From contig CAWEXO010000014.1 of NCBI GenBank assembly GCA_963813025.1, positions 160,001 through 224,000 of the forward strand: a stretch of DNA of 64,000 bases, in the 5' to 3' direction. The notes beneath the pieces were generated by a model that was not told where the DNA came from, did not search any database, and saw nothing but the letters and a program-made list of their open reading frames with translations. This stretch comes from an uncultured Verrucomicrobiae bacterium (GTDB taxonomy: Bacteria; Verrucomicrobiota; Verrucomicrobiia; Chthoniobacterales; JAFAMB01). Below are positions 1 through 8,728 of the stretch, piece by piece; position 1 is the stretch's first letter; each line of letters starts with the position of its first letter. The translations under genes were made by a program, and so were the position numbers.

Positions 1-690
1 GGCCTAGGACTGACCTACAGCATCGGCATGACCGCCGACATGGACATGCTCTCGGAAGATGCCGCAATACGCAAAAACGGCATTGATTTTCTCGGGGAGG
101 TATGCCGGGCGATGAAACAGATGGGCGGCACCATTATGGCCGGCATTAATTACAGCTCCTGGCCGCGCCGGCCGTTGCCTGGCGAAGACAAACAGGTTCT
201 CACCGACCGGGCGATTGAGGGTGTGCGCGAGGCGATCAAAACCGCCGAAGACTGCGGCGTTTTCTTTTGTATCGAAGTCGTGAACCGCTTCGAGCACTTC
301 CTAATGAATACTGCTGCCGAAGGGATTGCGTTTGTCGAGCGGGTCGGAAGCCCTAACTGCAAAGTCCATCTGGACACCTTCCACCTCAATATCGAGGAAG
401 ACAGCATCGGAGGGGCGATCCGTGAGGCGGGATCGTGGTTGGGCCATTTCCATCTCGGCGAACCGAACCGGCGTCCTCCCGGACGCGGCCGGATGCCGTG
501 GCGGGAGATTTTCGCCGCGTTGCGCGACATCGACTATCAAGGCGCGCTCGTGATGGAGCCCTTCCTCGTCCCGGGCGGCGAAGTCGGCCGTGACATCGCG
601 GTCTATCGCTACCTGCCCGGCCACGACGATCTCGACGGGGAGGCAACCCGCTCCGTCGAGTTCGTCCGGTCGGAACTGAAGAAAGGCTAG
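1..690 (+). CDS. Sugar phosphate isomerase/epimerase, D-psicose/D-tagatose 3-epimerase-like (5' end outside window)
   Basis: Frame is open from base 1. Metal-binding motifs EVVNRFE, HLDTFH, HFHLGE.NR and MEPF are present. Confidence 0.85.
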   Translation, partial: GLGLTYSIGMTADMDMLSEDAAIRKNGIDFLGEVCRAMKQMGGTIMAGINYSSWPRRPLPGEDKQVLTDRAIEGVREAIKTAEDCGVFFCIEVVNRFEHFLMNTAAEGIAFVERVGSPNCKVHLDTFHLNIEEDSIGGAIREAGSWLGHFHLGEPNRRPPGRGRMPWREIFAALRDIDYQGALVMEPFLVPGGEVGRDIAVYRYLPGHDDLDGEATRSVEFVRSELKKG

Positions 691-755
691 TCCTAGCAGC
701 GTATCAAAAAGCTTGAGCTTGTTCGTGGCACAATGCTGCGCGAAAGGGGCATATT

Positions 756-1745
756 ATGAAAGGCATTCGAGTAGAAAAACAAGGGGGACCCGAAGTGCTG
801 AAACTCGTGGATATCGCGTCCATCGAAGCGCCGGGCCCGGGCCAAGCGGTGGTACGCGTCGTAGTTGCGGGCGTGAACTTCCTCGACGTCGGCCAGAGGC
901 GCGGCACTTATCCTTGCGAGGTGCCGTTCACGCCGGGCGTAGAAGGCGCGGGCGTGGTTGAATCTGTTGGCGAAGGCGTTCGGAGCGTAAAGCCATCCGA
1001 TCGAGTGGCGTTTACGGGTGTGCCGGGCGCCTATTCTGAAGCCGTACTTGCCGATGCTGACCGTCTGGTTCCTCTACCGGAGAAATTCACATTCGAGGAA
1101 GGCGCTGCGTTCCCGCTGCAGGGCATGACGGCACATTACCTGATCCACGAATTTCGGCGGCCTGTTCCCGGTAGTTTCGTGCTGATTCATGCGGCTGCGG
1201 GCGGGATGGGAGGGCTGCTGGTGCAGTGGGCCAAGCACCTTGGCGCGAACGTGATCGGTACAGTCTCGACTGAGGCGAAAGCGCGCACGGCGCGCACATC
1301 CGGCGCTGACCACGTCATCGTCTATACAGAGCACGATTTCGTGGCTGAAACCAAGCGGATCACGGAGGGGCGGGGCGCGGATTTGATTATTGACGGCGTG
1401 GGCAAAACGACATTTATGGGCGATTTGGAAGCGGTGGCCATACGTGGGCATACCGTGATCTTCGGCGCAGCCAGCGGGCCGGCCGATCCAGTTTCACCAA
1501 ATGCCTTCATGCCGCACGCGCTGACGGTTTCGGGCGGAAGTCTACAGAATTATCTTCGCACCCCCGAGGAGCTGATGCAGCGCGCGAATGACGTCATCGC
1601 GGGAATACGAGCGGGCTGGCTGAAATTGAAGATCGCGCGCGTGCTGCCGCTGGCTCAAGCTGCAGAAGCCCATAAGCTCTTGGAAACTCGAAAGACAGAG
1701 GGCAAGCTCCTATTATCCGTCACCGATTCGCCGCCACTGTCGTAA
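756..1745 (+). CDS. qor: NADPH:quinone oxidoreductase (zeta-crystallin/MDR family)
   Basis: 329 aa with GGPEVL, GVNFLD, PGVEGAG, GMTAHYL and HAAAGGMG motifs; RBS-like AAGGGG upstream. Confidence 0.88.
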   Translation: MKGIRVEKQGGPEVLKLVDIASIEAPGPGQAVVRVVVAGVNFLDVGQRRGTYPCEVPFTPGVEGAGVVESVGEGVRSVKPSDRVAFTGVPGAYSEAVLADADRLVPLPEKFTFEEGAAFPLQGMTAHYLIHEFRRPVPGSFVLIHAAAGGMGGLLVQWAKHLGANVIGTVSTEAKARTARTSGADHVIVYTEHDFVAETKRITEGRGADLIIDGVGKTTFMGDLEAVAIRGHTVIFGAASGPADPVSPNAFMPHALTVSGGSLQNYLRTPEELMQRANDVIAGIRAGWLKLKIARVLPLAQAAEAHKLLETRKTEGKLLLSVTDSPPLS

Positions 1746-2309
1746 GAGGAGAGTAGAATTCCCTGGGGACCTGCAGGTGCGACTGATTCGAATAGGAGCA
1801 TTAGCTAGAAGTAACGCCGCACTTAGAGCAGCGTAAACATTGTAAATGTCGTAACTCAAACTTACGATCTTTTCGAGTCAATAGATTCCTGCAAGGCGCT
1901 TCGCGTGACGCTTACATTAGAGCTCCCTGCGTGGATCGAAGGCGTCCGAGTTCTGACATGGATAGGAGGGCGATGAAGTCCAAGGCCAAACTGGTCATCC
2001 TGGCCACCTGTGCTTCGTCAACCTGCGTCGGAAAATTGAGTGCCGGCCCAGCAGTTATTGTTACGGACTCCGGGGCCAATCTTACGACCTGGAGCTTCGA
2101 CTGGGCACAGGCCTTGGGAGCTTTCCTTCTTGTTCTTCTGGGCTACGAGGTTGGTCCATCCGGGCAGCCAGTGCCTCGAAAGAGCGGCCGCGGCACCATC
2201 AATGAGGCACTGGACGCATCGAACGAAGCGTTCAAGAACCAGAAAACGACCGACAGGTTCAAGCTGGCTAACGGTGATGGTTCGACGGTTGTTTTTTCCG
2301 AAAAGTGAA

Positions 2310-2732
2310 GCGAAGGTCGCGCCGCCTTTTGCGATGAAGGCGGAGGACGGCACCTGGCGCGGCATCAGCATCGATCTCTGGCGGCGCATTGCCGACCAGA
2401 TGCACCTGCGCTACCGGTTTCAGGAGACCACGCTGAAGGGTCTGACTGATGGAGTGGCCGAGGGCTCGTTAGATGCAGCGGTCGCCGCTCTGACTGTTAC
2501 CAGCCCGCGGCAACGGATCGTCGATTTTACTCAGCCGCTGCTTTTGTGGCTAGTCAACGAGGTTCTCTCCGGCTCGCTGAGGGTGCTGGACGGGACCTTC
2601 GATCCGCAGACCTATGCAATCGCGCTGCCGCAGGGCAGCAAGCTGCGGATCCCAATCGACCTCCCCCTGCTCGACGCCACTCGGAGTGATTGGTGGCGGG
2701 AGACGCTATTCGCATATCTCGGGCCTAGCTGA
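2310..2732 (+). pseudogene. Internally deleted amino-acid-binding (SBP family 3 / GluR0-like) gene remnant
   Basis: VAPPFAMK..G.W.GISIDLW...DAAVAALTVT..R..VDFTQP is joined directly to the C-terminal YAIALPQGS.LR segment. There is no credible start or signal peptide. Confidence 0.6.
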
Positions 2733-2937
2733 CGCCAGAAGGCTCACGTCTTGAAAGCCGGCACGGTTTACAGCATGGACAGGGTGGCGCTCCTCCCCAT
2801 CTTCTATAGCTTGCCAAATGCGAGATGACGGTCGGCATTGTTGACCCGCGGCTGACAATGAGCTGACGCGACAAGCTTCAACGGGCTGGCGGCGCTGTTG
2901 CCGGTCGCACTCGCACCCATGGCTGGTTTGCCGCCCA

Positions 2938-3984
2938 ATGCTCCCGGACCTGCCCGAGCCCGCGCCTCAGTCCCCGCAACCGGAACCGCCGGCCTATTGC
3001 CGCTTTGGAAAGCGCAACCTGGACGGGATGTCGTGGCTTGCGCCCCTGGTAAATAACCGCGTCGGTGACCTGCTGAACCTCGAGCTGCGCCACGAGCACC
3101 TCTTCTTCATCCAGAACGATCGTGTTTTGGACGATATCGGCTACAGCGAAAAAGGCCGCAGATTTTCCGAGGCGGATGTTGGCAAACCGATCAAGAGCTT
3201 GGAGGACCTGAAAGCGAAAGGTTATTGGCTGGTCGGACGAACTTACGATCCGAAGATCATGTGGGAAGCCTTGGCCAACCTGGAGGACGGCCACTACTAC
3301 TGCGTCCTTAGCAACCAGTGCCAAGATTGGACCGATCGGCTGCGTCGCGCGGCCGAGCGCATCGAGAGGGCGCGCGGCGTCACGCCGGCCGGGGCTCCGC
3401 GCGATTGCCCGATAGCAGCGCACTATTCGAAGCCGGTTTCGCCCACCGAACCCGCTTCCATCTGGATGGGGCTGGTCGCCCTTGGCCTCGGCGTGGCTGC
3501 CATCATTGGCCCCATCATTGCCGCGAACGTTTTTTCCGTTTTCATCGGAGCCATCTTTCTGCTTTCTGGGGTTGCTCATGCCGCGTACGGGTTCAACGCA
3601 CGCGACTGGCGGAACATGCTGCCCATCCTTCTCACCTCCCTTGGACTACTGATCGGCGGCGGCCTGATGCTGTTATACCGGCCCCTCACCACCGTGGCCA
3701 CCGGAACCCTGCTCGGGATCCTCCTCACGGTTGAGGGACTCGGTTTCCTGGGGCTCGGCATCACGAGCCGTCCGTTTCATCGTGGTCTCGGACCACTGGT
3801 CGCCGGCTTGGTGATGCTCGCCTGCGCTCTGCTCATCCTCCTGCACTGGCCAGCCAGCGGCAATGCCTCGCTTGGGCTCTGGGTCGGCTTAGCGCTCTGT
3901 GCGGGCGGCTGGTCAACGATCTGGTTAAGTTGGACGACCCGACGTGACGACGCTTCTCCGGCGCTTAGTCGTGATCCGGCCTGA
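2938..3984 (+). CDS. Membrane protein: N-terminal permuted papain-like (His...Cys) domain fused to HdeD/DUF308-like membrane domain
   Basis: Soluble N-half has HEHLFF and YCVLSNQCQDW. C-half has about 6 Gly-rich TM helices ending in the HdeD-like WP.SG...LGLWVG motif. Confidence 0.6.
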   Translation: MLPDLPEPAPQSPQPEPPAYCRFGKRNLDGMSWLAPLVNNRVGDLLNLELRHEHLFFIQNDRVLDDIGYSEKGRRFSEADVGKPIKSLEDLKAKGYWLVGRTYDPKIMWEALANLEDGHYYCVLSNQCQDWTDRLRRAAERIERARGVTPAGAPRDCPIAAHYSKPVSPTEPASIWMGLVALGLGVAAIIGPIIAANVFSVFIGAIFLLSGVAHAAYGFNARDWRNMLPILLTSLGLLIGGGLMLLYRPLTTVATGTLLGILLTVEGLGFLGLGITSRPFHRGLGPLVAGLVMLACALLILLHWPASGNASLGLWVGLALCAGGWSTIWLSWTTRRDDASPALSRDPA

Positions 3985-3993
3985 CCGCAGCGC

Positions 3994-4407
3994 TCATTTC
4001 AGGAGCTTTTTGATCTCGACCGCAAGCAACTCGGCACGCTCGCGGGATTGCGACCCGAACCAGATGCAGTCGTAAAATTCCGGCAGCTTCGTACAGGCAA
4101 CACGAACATTCCTCTTTCGCGGAAGCCTGGCCACAAAGCGAATCACCCAGTACCCACGAATTAGTCCCAATTTGTTTTCTAAGTAGAGAGGATAAGTCTT
4201 GAATGCCTGTATTTTTATTACCGCTAGATTACGGTTTTCCCATTCGGCAATAGATTGAAGAATTTCGCCGACGAGTTCTTTGAGCTTAACCGCGTGTTGA
4301 TAAGATTGCTGGTCCGCAAACGCAGCGATCCAGAGAGTCGGAAACGCCAGCGAAACAACTACGAGGAGAGCAACGTTCATCCTAGTAGGGAAGATCGTCA
4401 GGGTCAC
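3994..4407 (-). CDS. Hypothetical protein
   Basis: 137 aa ORF with one hydrophobic segment; lower GC; no family recognised. Confidence 0.35.
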   Translation of the reverse strand: MTLTIFPTRMNVALLVVVSLAFPTLWIAAFADQQSYQHAVKLKELVGEILQSIAEWENRNLAVIKIQAFKTYPLYLENKLGLIRGYWVIRFVARLPRKRNVRVACTKLPEFYDCIWFGSQSRERAELLAVEIKKLLK

Positions 4408-4496
4408 ACTGCGTTCAAGTCCCGCGGCAGGGAGCTAAGGAATCCGCGAGTCAACCTGAACGAATCCGCCCCGCAACATGGCCTTGGCCCTGCTCT

Positions 4497-4615
4497 GGTA
4501 GGGCGAAAATTTATCCGAGCCATAGCGAGGACTCGTTTGAGCCGGACACTGGAGCTGCCACACCGAAGACGGCTCAAACAAGTTCTCGCCTGGTGCTCGA
4601 ATAGATTTTCGCCCT
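4497..4615. repeat. REP/REPIN-like hairpin repeat, copy A (interrupted by IS110; its ACCGG end continues at 5939)
   Basis: Long imperfect palindrome GGTAGGGCGAAAAT...TTTGAGCCG...CGGCTCAAACAAGTTCTCGC...ATTTTCGCCCT, also seen at four other loci. Confidence 0.9.
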
Positions 4616-4649
4616 TGTACCTTGCCCCACCAATTTTTTTTCCCTTTTA

Positions 4650-4860
4650 AAGCCGCCCGCAAGGGCGGAACTCTGGAGGTGAAGAACTTGGCCGAGGAGG
4701 GTGGAAAACTGCCTCGCCCAAAGGTCGGTAGAACCTGTCCGGTAGATTAGTCCACCCTTCCTCGTGCCGCACCTGCATAAGACCGTACCGTATCTTAGGC
4801 CGTTCCAAACAGGGTTGGAACATAAGCCCGTGTTCACAAGGCTCTGTCAGCAGGCGCGCG
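4650..4860 (+). ncRNA. Putative bridge RNA (5' hairpin, target-binding loop, donor-binding loop); ends approximate
   Basis: Hairpin CCGCCC-GCAA-GGGCGG at 4653-4668. Stem 4690-4705/4751-4768 encloses TCGCCC (4714-4719) and CCGGTAG (4739-4745). Stem 4772-4776/4850-4854 encloses ACCGTATCT (4787-4795) and ACAAG (4836-4840). Confidence 0.85.
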
Positions 4861-4910
4861 CCCAAGCGCTTCATCAAACAAAGAACCAATTCAACTCGAA
4901 TTCCTGTCTG

Positions 4911-5921
4911 ATGAAAAAACGCTACTGCATGGGTATTGATATGGCAAAAGCAAGCTTTGACTTTTGCCTGCTCTCCAAGAATGGCACTCGCCTGTGGCGG
5001 GGAAAGTTCAGCAATGATGCGACCGGCATTGGAGCATTTTTAGCCCAACTCCAGGCCCGCTCTTGGCCGCTCTCCCAGATCCACTTCGCCCTGGAAGCCA
5101 CCGGGGTCTACGGGAAGAGATTGATCGCCGCTCTGCACCAAGCAGGCTTGGCGGTCAGCGTGCTCAATCCCGCCCAAGTCAAATACTTTGCTTTCTCGGT
5201 CCTGCGCCGCACCAAAAATGATCGGGTTGATGCGGCCATCATTGCCCAGTTTTGTCTGGAGCGAAAACCACTGGCCACTCGGCCGCTGCGCCCCCTTGAG
5301 GAAGAATTCAAACTGCTGGTGCGGGAGCGCGAAAGCCGGGTTGGCGAGCTCATCCGGGAACAGAACCGGGTGAAAAAAGACCCTTACCCAATTGCGCTGC
5401 CCGAGCTTGTCAGCCAACAGCGTGGCCAACGACTCGCCCAGCTCAAGAAAGAAATCGCTCAGCTGGAGTCGGCCATCTTCGGCTTAGTCGCGGCTGATCA
5501 GGCTTTAAGCCGCCAAAGCCAACTGCTGTGCTCTATTCCCGGCATTGCCCAGCTCACAGCCGCCAAGCTGCTGGCCGAGCTGGCCGGTAAAGAGTTCCAA
5601 TCGGCTCGGCAGTTGGCGGCCTATGCTGGGCTGAATCCTTCTGAATTCCGTTCCGGTGTCTCGCTCTACGGCAAAACCACCCTGTGCAAAATCGGCAACG
5701 CTTTCCTGCGCAAAGCACTCTATTTGCCGGCCGCCGTTGCTCGCCGCTGGTGCAAACCCATCCAGCAATGGGCCGCAGGTCTCGAGTCGCGCAAGCTCCA
5801 CTCCCTGGCTATCCGCGGTGCCGTCATGCGAAAACTCCTGCACATCGCCTTCGGTGTTCTCGCTCACCAACAACCCTACAACCCTAACCTGGCCCGCCCT
5901 TCCTTAAAGCAATGCCCTTGA
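4911..5921 (+). CDS. IS110-family DEDD transposase / bridge recombinase
   Basis: Most likely start is ATG 4911 (MKKRYCMGIDMAK). RuvC-like GIDMAK, EATG and KNDRVDA motifs; C-terminal SIPGI, LAAYAGL.P...SG, GN..LRKALY and RKLLHI motifs. The frame is intact. Confidence 0.95.
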   Translation: MKKRYCMGIDMAKASFDFCLLSKNGTRLWRGKFSNDATGIGAFLAQLQARSWPLSQIHFALEATGVYGKRLIAALHQAGLAVSVLNPAQVKYFAFSVLRRTKNDRVDAAIIAQFCLERKPLATRPLRPLEEEFKLLVRERESRVGELIREQNRVKKDPYPIALPELVSQQRGQRLAQLKKEIAQLESAIFGLVAADQALSRQSQLLCSIPGIAQLTAAKLLAELAGKEFQSARQLAAYAGLNPSEFRSGVSLYGKTTLCKIGNAFLRKALYLPAAVARRWCKPIQQWAAGLESRKLHSLAIRGAVMRKLLHIAFGVLAHQQPYNPNLARPSLKQCP

Positions 5922-5923
5922 CA
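5918..5923 (+). promoter_or_regulatory. -35 box (TTGACA) of the IS circle-junction promoter; -10 half (TACCTT) at 4618-4623
   Basis: Perfect TTGACA overlaps the stop codon. Joining the ends through one CT gives exactly 17 nt to TACCTT (TAnnnT). Confidence 0.8.
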
Positions 5924-6029
5924 TCCAAGACCGTATCTACCGGTTGTGGGCAATCGTGGTGAGCCCGGTCAATTGTCTCGCAAACGGAGCGGGTGAGCGG
6001 TCGAACCCGGAACGACCGACTGAAGGATT

Positions 6030-6215
6030 GCGGCGCGACCTTCGTGCCGATGACCAGCTCCCGGGACTTGGGCGGCGCCGGGGTCTGGCCCCCGGCCTGC
6101 TGCGTTTGCGCGAGCACCGCGCTGCCGCAGGGCAGCGAGCTACGGATCCCAATCGACCGCACTCAACGGCGAGGCTTGGGCGCAAGTATTTGGTGGTCGG
6201 CGGCGGCGACTGACC
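6030..6215. pseudogene. Back-to-back fragments of a second SBP family 3 / GluR0-like gene
   Basis: Minus strand reads AVLAQTQ...RELVIGTKVAP (N-terminal piece). Plus strand reads ALPQGSELRIPID and is nearly identical in DNA to about 2622-2661. Confidence 0.5.
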
Positions 6216-6251
6216 AGGCAGTCAGCCAGGCCCGGGAGAGCCGAGCCAAGA

Positions 6252-6545
6252 TCATTCGATGACAACGACCCGCCCACGCCGCGTCGGATGTTCTACAAGC
6301 TCGTGAGCCCGAGCAATTTCTGAAAGCGGAGTTCGTTCGGCAATCTCGAAACCTGACCACCCGGCCTCGAGCGCAGAGTTCAGATCCTTGGCGGCTAACC
6401 TCTTTGCATCCTTTGGGAAGTCGTCGCTTCCCAGGAAGCATAACCGAATGTTCTTGAACACCATCGTCCAGAAAGGGATTTTGGGTGTCCCACTATCAGT
6501 GGCATAGGTGGCGATAGACCCGCCCGTGTTCAGCAATTCGACCTG
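6252..6545 (-). pseudogene. C-terminal fragment of NADPH:quinone reductase (MDR family)
   Basis: GGSIATYA...PLSEIARAHELVE...GRVVV is present; the N-terminal two thirds are absent. Confidence 0.65.
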
Positions 6546-6915
6546 CCAACCTGTGCCGGCAAGCCGGCGAGCGTGGCGTAAGCGAGTGCTACCGGTACCG
6601 GGTACGCCGCGAGCGTAATACCCGCAAGCATATCGTCTTTCAACCAACGCGCCTCGTATGTCGGTACCCATTGTGCAGGTGGAAAGATCGCTTTAAAATC
6701 CGTTGGCTTTCGGCGGGCTGGAAGCCGTTGCTTCTGTCTGGCAGCCTTGGACTATCCAATCCGCGGAGAGATAAGTGTCGATCCCGAAGCGTTCGAGCTT
6801 GTCTATGAGCAATTGAGGAAACCTGGGAAGTGAAGGACGGTTTTGGGAATGGGTCGCGATGAATTGGAGGCATTCGCGACTGTTCGGGTTTCTCCAGCAA
6901 ATGTCTCGCAGCAAG

Positions 6916-7275
6916 TTAGGAGTAGGAACAAAACCAGAGTTTGTTTCCCTCCGAGTCCAAGAATCCGCCAACCCAGAACTTGTCTTCGTACAGTTTGACC
7001 GGATCAGATATGGTGACTGCTCGTTCTCTTAGTCGTTTTTCGGTCTCTCGAGCGTCTTCTACTTGAAGCGTGATGCGCGGATTTGGATCATTGGTGGGAG
7101 AATGTTGGCGGACAATCAGCACCGTGTCACCGATTCGATAACCGACCTCGTCCGTTGCCTCCCGATCTTCTTCGAGTTGAAGAGTTTCCGAGTAGAAACG
7201 CCTGGCCCGAACGACATCAATTGCGGATAGCGCGATTACCTTGACTGCTTGAAATCCAAGAGGGGAACTTTTCAT
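6916..7275 (-). CDS. VOC/glyoxalase family protein
   Basis: 119 aa with DV.RARRFY.E.L.L, ITLQVED and FLDSEGN motifs. Confidence 0.85.
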   Translation of the reverse strand: MKSSPLGFQAVKVIALSAIDVVRARRFYSETLQLEEDREATDEVGYRIGDTVLIVRQHSPTNDPNPRITLQVEDARETEKRLRERAVTISDPVKLYEDKFWVGGFLDSEGNKLWFCSYS

Positions 7276-7394
7276 TTGAGTTTTTCAAATTATCCCACTT
7301 GTTCGCTAAAAAGTAACCTAGAAAGTTGTACAATCGAAGCTCCGCCGCTATCTGTCCAAGTCAGTTTCGACGACGATTAGCCCCTGTTCCAGAG

Positions 7395-8260
7395 TGAATT
7401 GCTCCCCAAAATCTGGACAGGTTCGCTAAGATCGAAAAAAGACCTGGAGATGAACGGCAAGAAAGCTGGCGTGAGGCGCCGCCGACAGCATAGCGCGACC
7501 CTAAAGGCACAAGGGGCCCTGGAGGCCATTCAAGAACGTCGGACCCTCAACGAGATCGCCTCTGAATAGGGCGTGCACCCGACGCAAGTTTCGGCGTGGA
7601 AACGCCAAGCGGTCGAAAGCCTGAGCGGGTTTTTCGACGGGGAGATTGGGGTGGGCGACCAGGAATTCAGACGTAGCGCTAATCTGGTGCTGATGAGCCG
7701 CCCTGGACCGACTCTATCTATACCCGCTGGCCCTTTTAGCGGGGTACGCCGGATGACCCTTGCGTTGCACGACCAGGGTTGGCCCGTCAACCACAAGCGA
7801 ACCCGCCGCTTGATGCGCCTCATGGGACTGGAAGCCGTTTATCCCAGGCCTCGCCTGAGCTCCAACGGCGGCGCACACCTGCGTTTTCCCTATCTGCTCA
7901 AAGGCCTGCTCATCGAGCACCGCAATCAGGTCTGGTGTAGCGACATCACTTACATCGGGTTAGCCGAAGGCTTTGTTTATCTTTTCGCCTTAATGGACTG
8001 TTCCGAGGAGGTCTATTTGCGTGAGCACGACTCCGTCACCGAGGCCTGCGGAGTATCGGTCGCTACTTCTCCTTCTACAACGATCAGCGGCCGCACAGCA
8101 GTCTTGCCAATCGGTCGCCTGCTGCCGTATATAACAGAATCCCTACAAAACTCCGACAAAAGGTAGCGCGGAAGAATCGCCTGGTTTTCCCCGCTCCTTT
8201 TGAAGGAAATTTATAGCTAACAAACCCATCGAACCTGTCCAGACGATGGGGAGCACCTGA
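7395..8260 (+). mobile_element. Degenerate IS3-family element (internally deleted)
   Basis: 31 bp imperfect terminal IRs at 7395-7425 and 8230-8260 (25/31 match). OrfA HTH has an in-frame TAG (EIASE*GVHPTQVSAWK). OrfB remnant reads VNHKR..RLMRLMGLEAVYPRP, YLL and NQVWCSDITYI. Confidence 0.88.
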
Positions 8261-8603
8261 GTGTTTGCATTGAGCCGATATTCCAGCGCGCGAGACATGT
8301 GGATGTATGTCGAATTCCTGGAATCGAGAAACTACACATTACAAAATATAATTCTCACACGTAGGAGCAAGTTATGAGTTGGTTAGAGAATTCGATTATG
8401 CATATTCGTGGCATCTCCCAGGGAAGCATCGGGAAAACGCATGAGCTAACAGAAAAACTTCAAGGGAAGTTTCAGTATGTGATGGGGCCATATTCGGATC
8501 CAGTCTTGCATAATTCGGCCCGGTGACCGGATTGTGGTAGAGACGTCGACGCATTTCAGGGCGTAGGTGCTGGTGATTGCTGGCCAGAAGCTAAGAAAAT
8601 GCT

Positions 8604-8628
8604 AGACAGCCGTCAACCTGTCTGACAA
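8604..8628. promoter_or_regulatory. Possible operator upstream of the sugar ABC operon
   Basis: AGACAG...CTGTCT inverted repeat overlapping the palindrome TGTCTGACA, which resembles GntR/FadR-type boxes. No cognate regulator lies nearby. Confidence 0.25.
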
Positions 8629-8728
8629 GCTCCCTCAGGCAATTCACTGACGCTAAAAACGAGTTTCGTTGCGCCGTAAGCACAACGCTCACCAGCGTCA
8701 AATGTTAAACAGAATTATGCATCCCCCC

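Larger units (their letters stand above)
4616..5938 (+). mobile_element. IS110-family insertion sequence (IS621-like), 1323 bp including one CT core
   Basis: CT at 4614-4615 and 5937-5938. Removing the element restores TTTTCGCCCTACCGGTTGTGGG, matching repeat copy B (TTTTCGCCCTACCGGTCGTGGG). No terminal IRs; long left non-coding end and very short right end. Confidence 0.93.

Noticed and set aside
4764..4910. 49 aa N-terminal extension of the transposase ORF from GTG 4764
   Set aside because: IS110 proteins begin just before the GID motif. This stretch is better explained as the donor-binding loop of the bridge RNA.
7392..8263. Target-site duplication and activity of the IS3 element
   Set aside because: The flanks (GAG and GTG) do not match, and the transposase has stops and deletions, so it is a relic.
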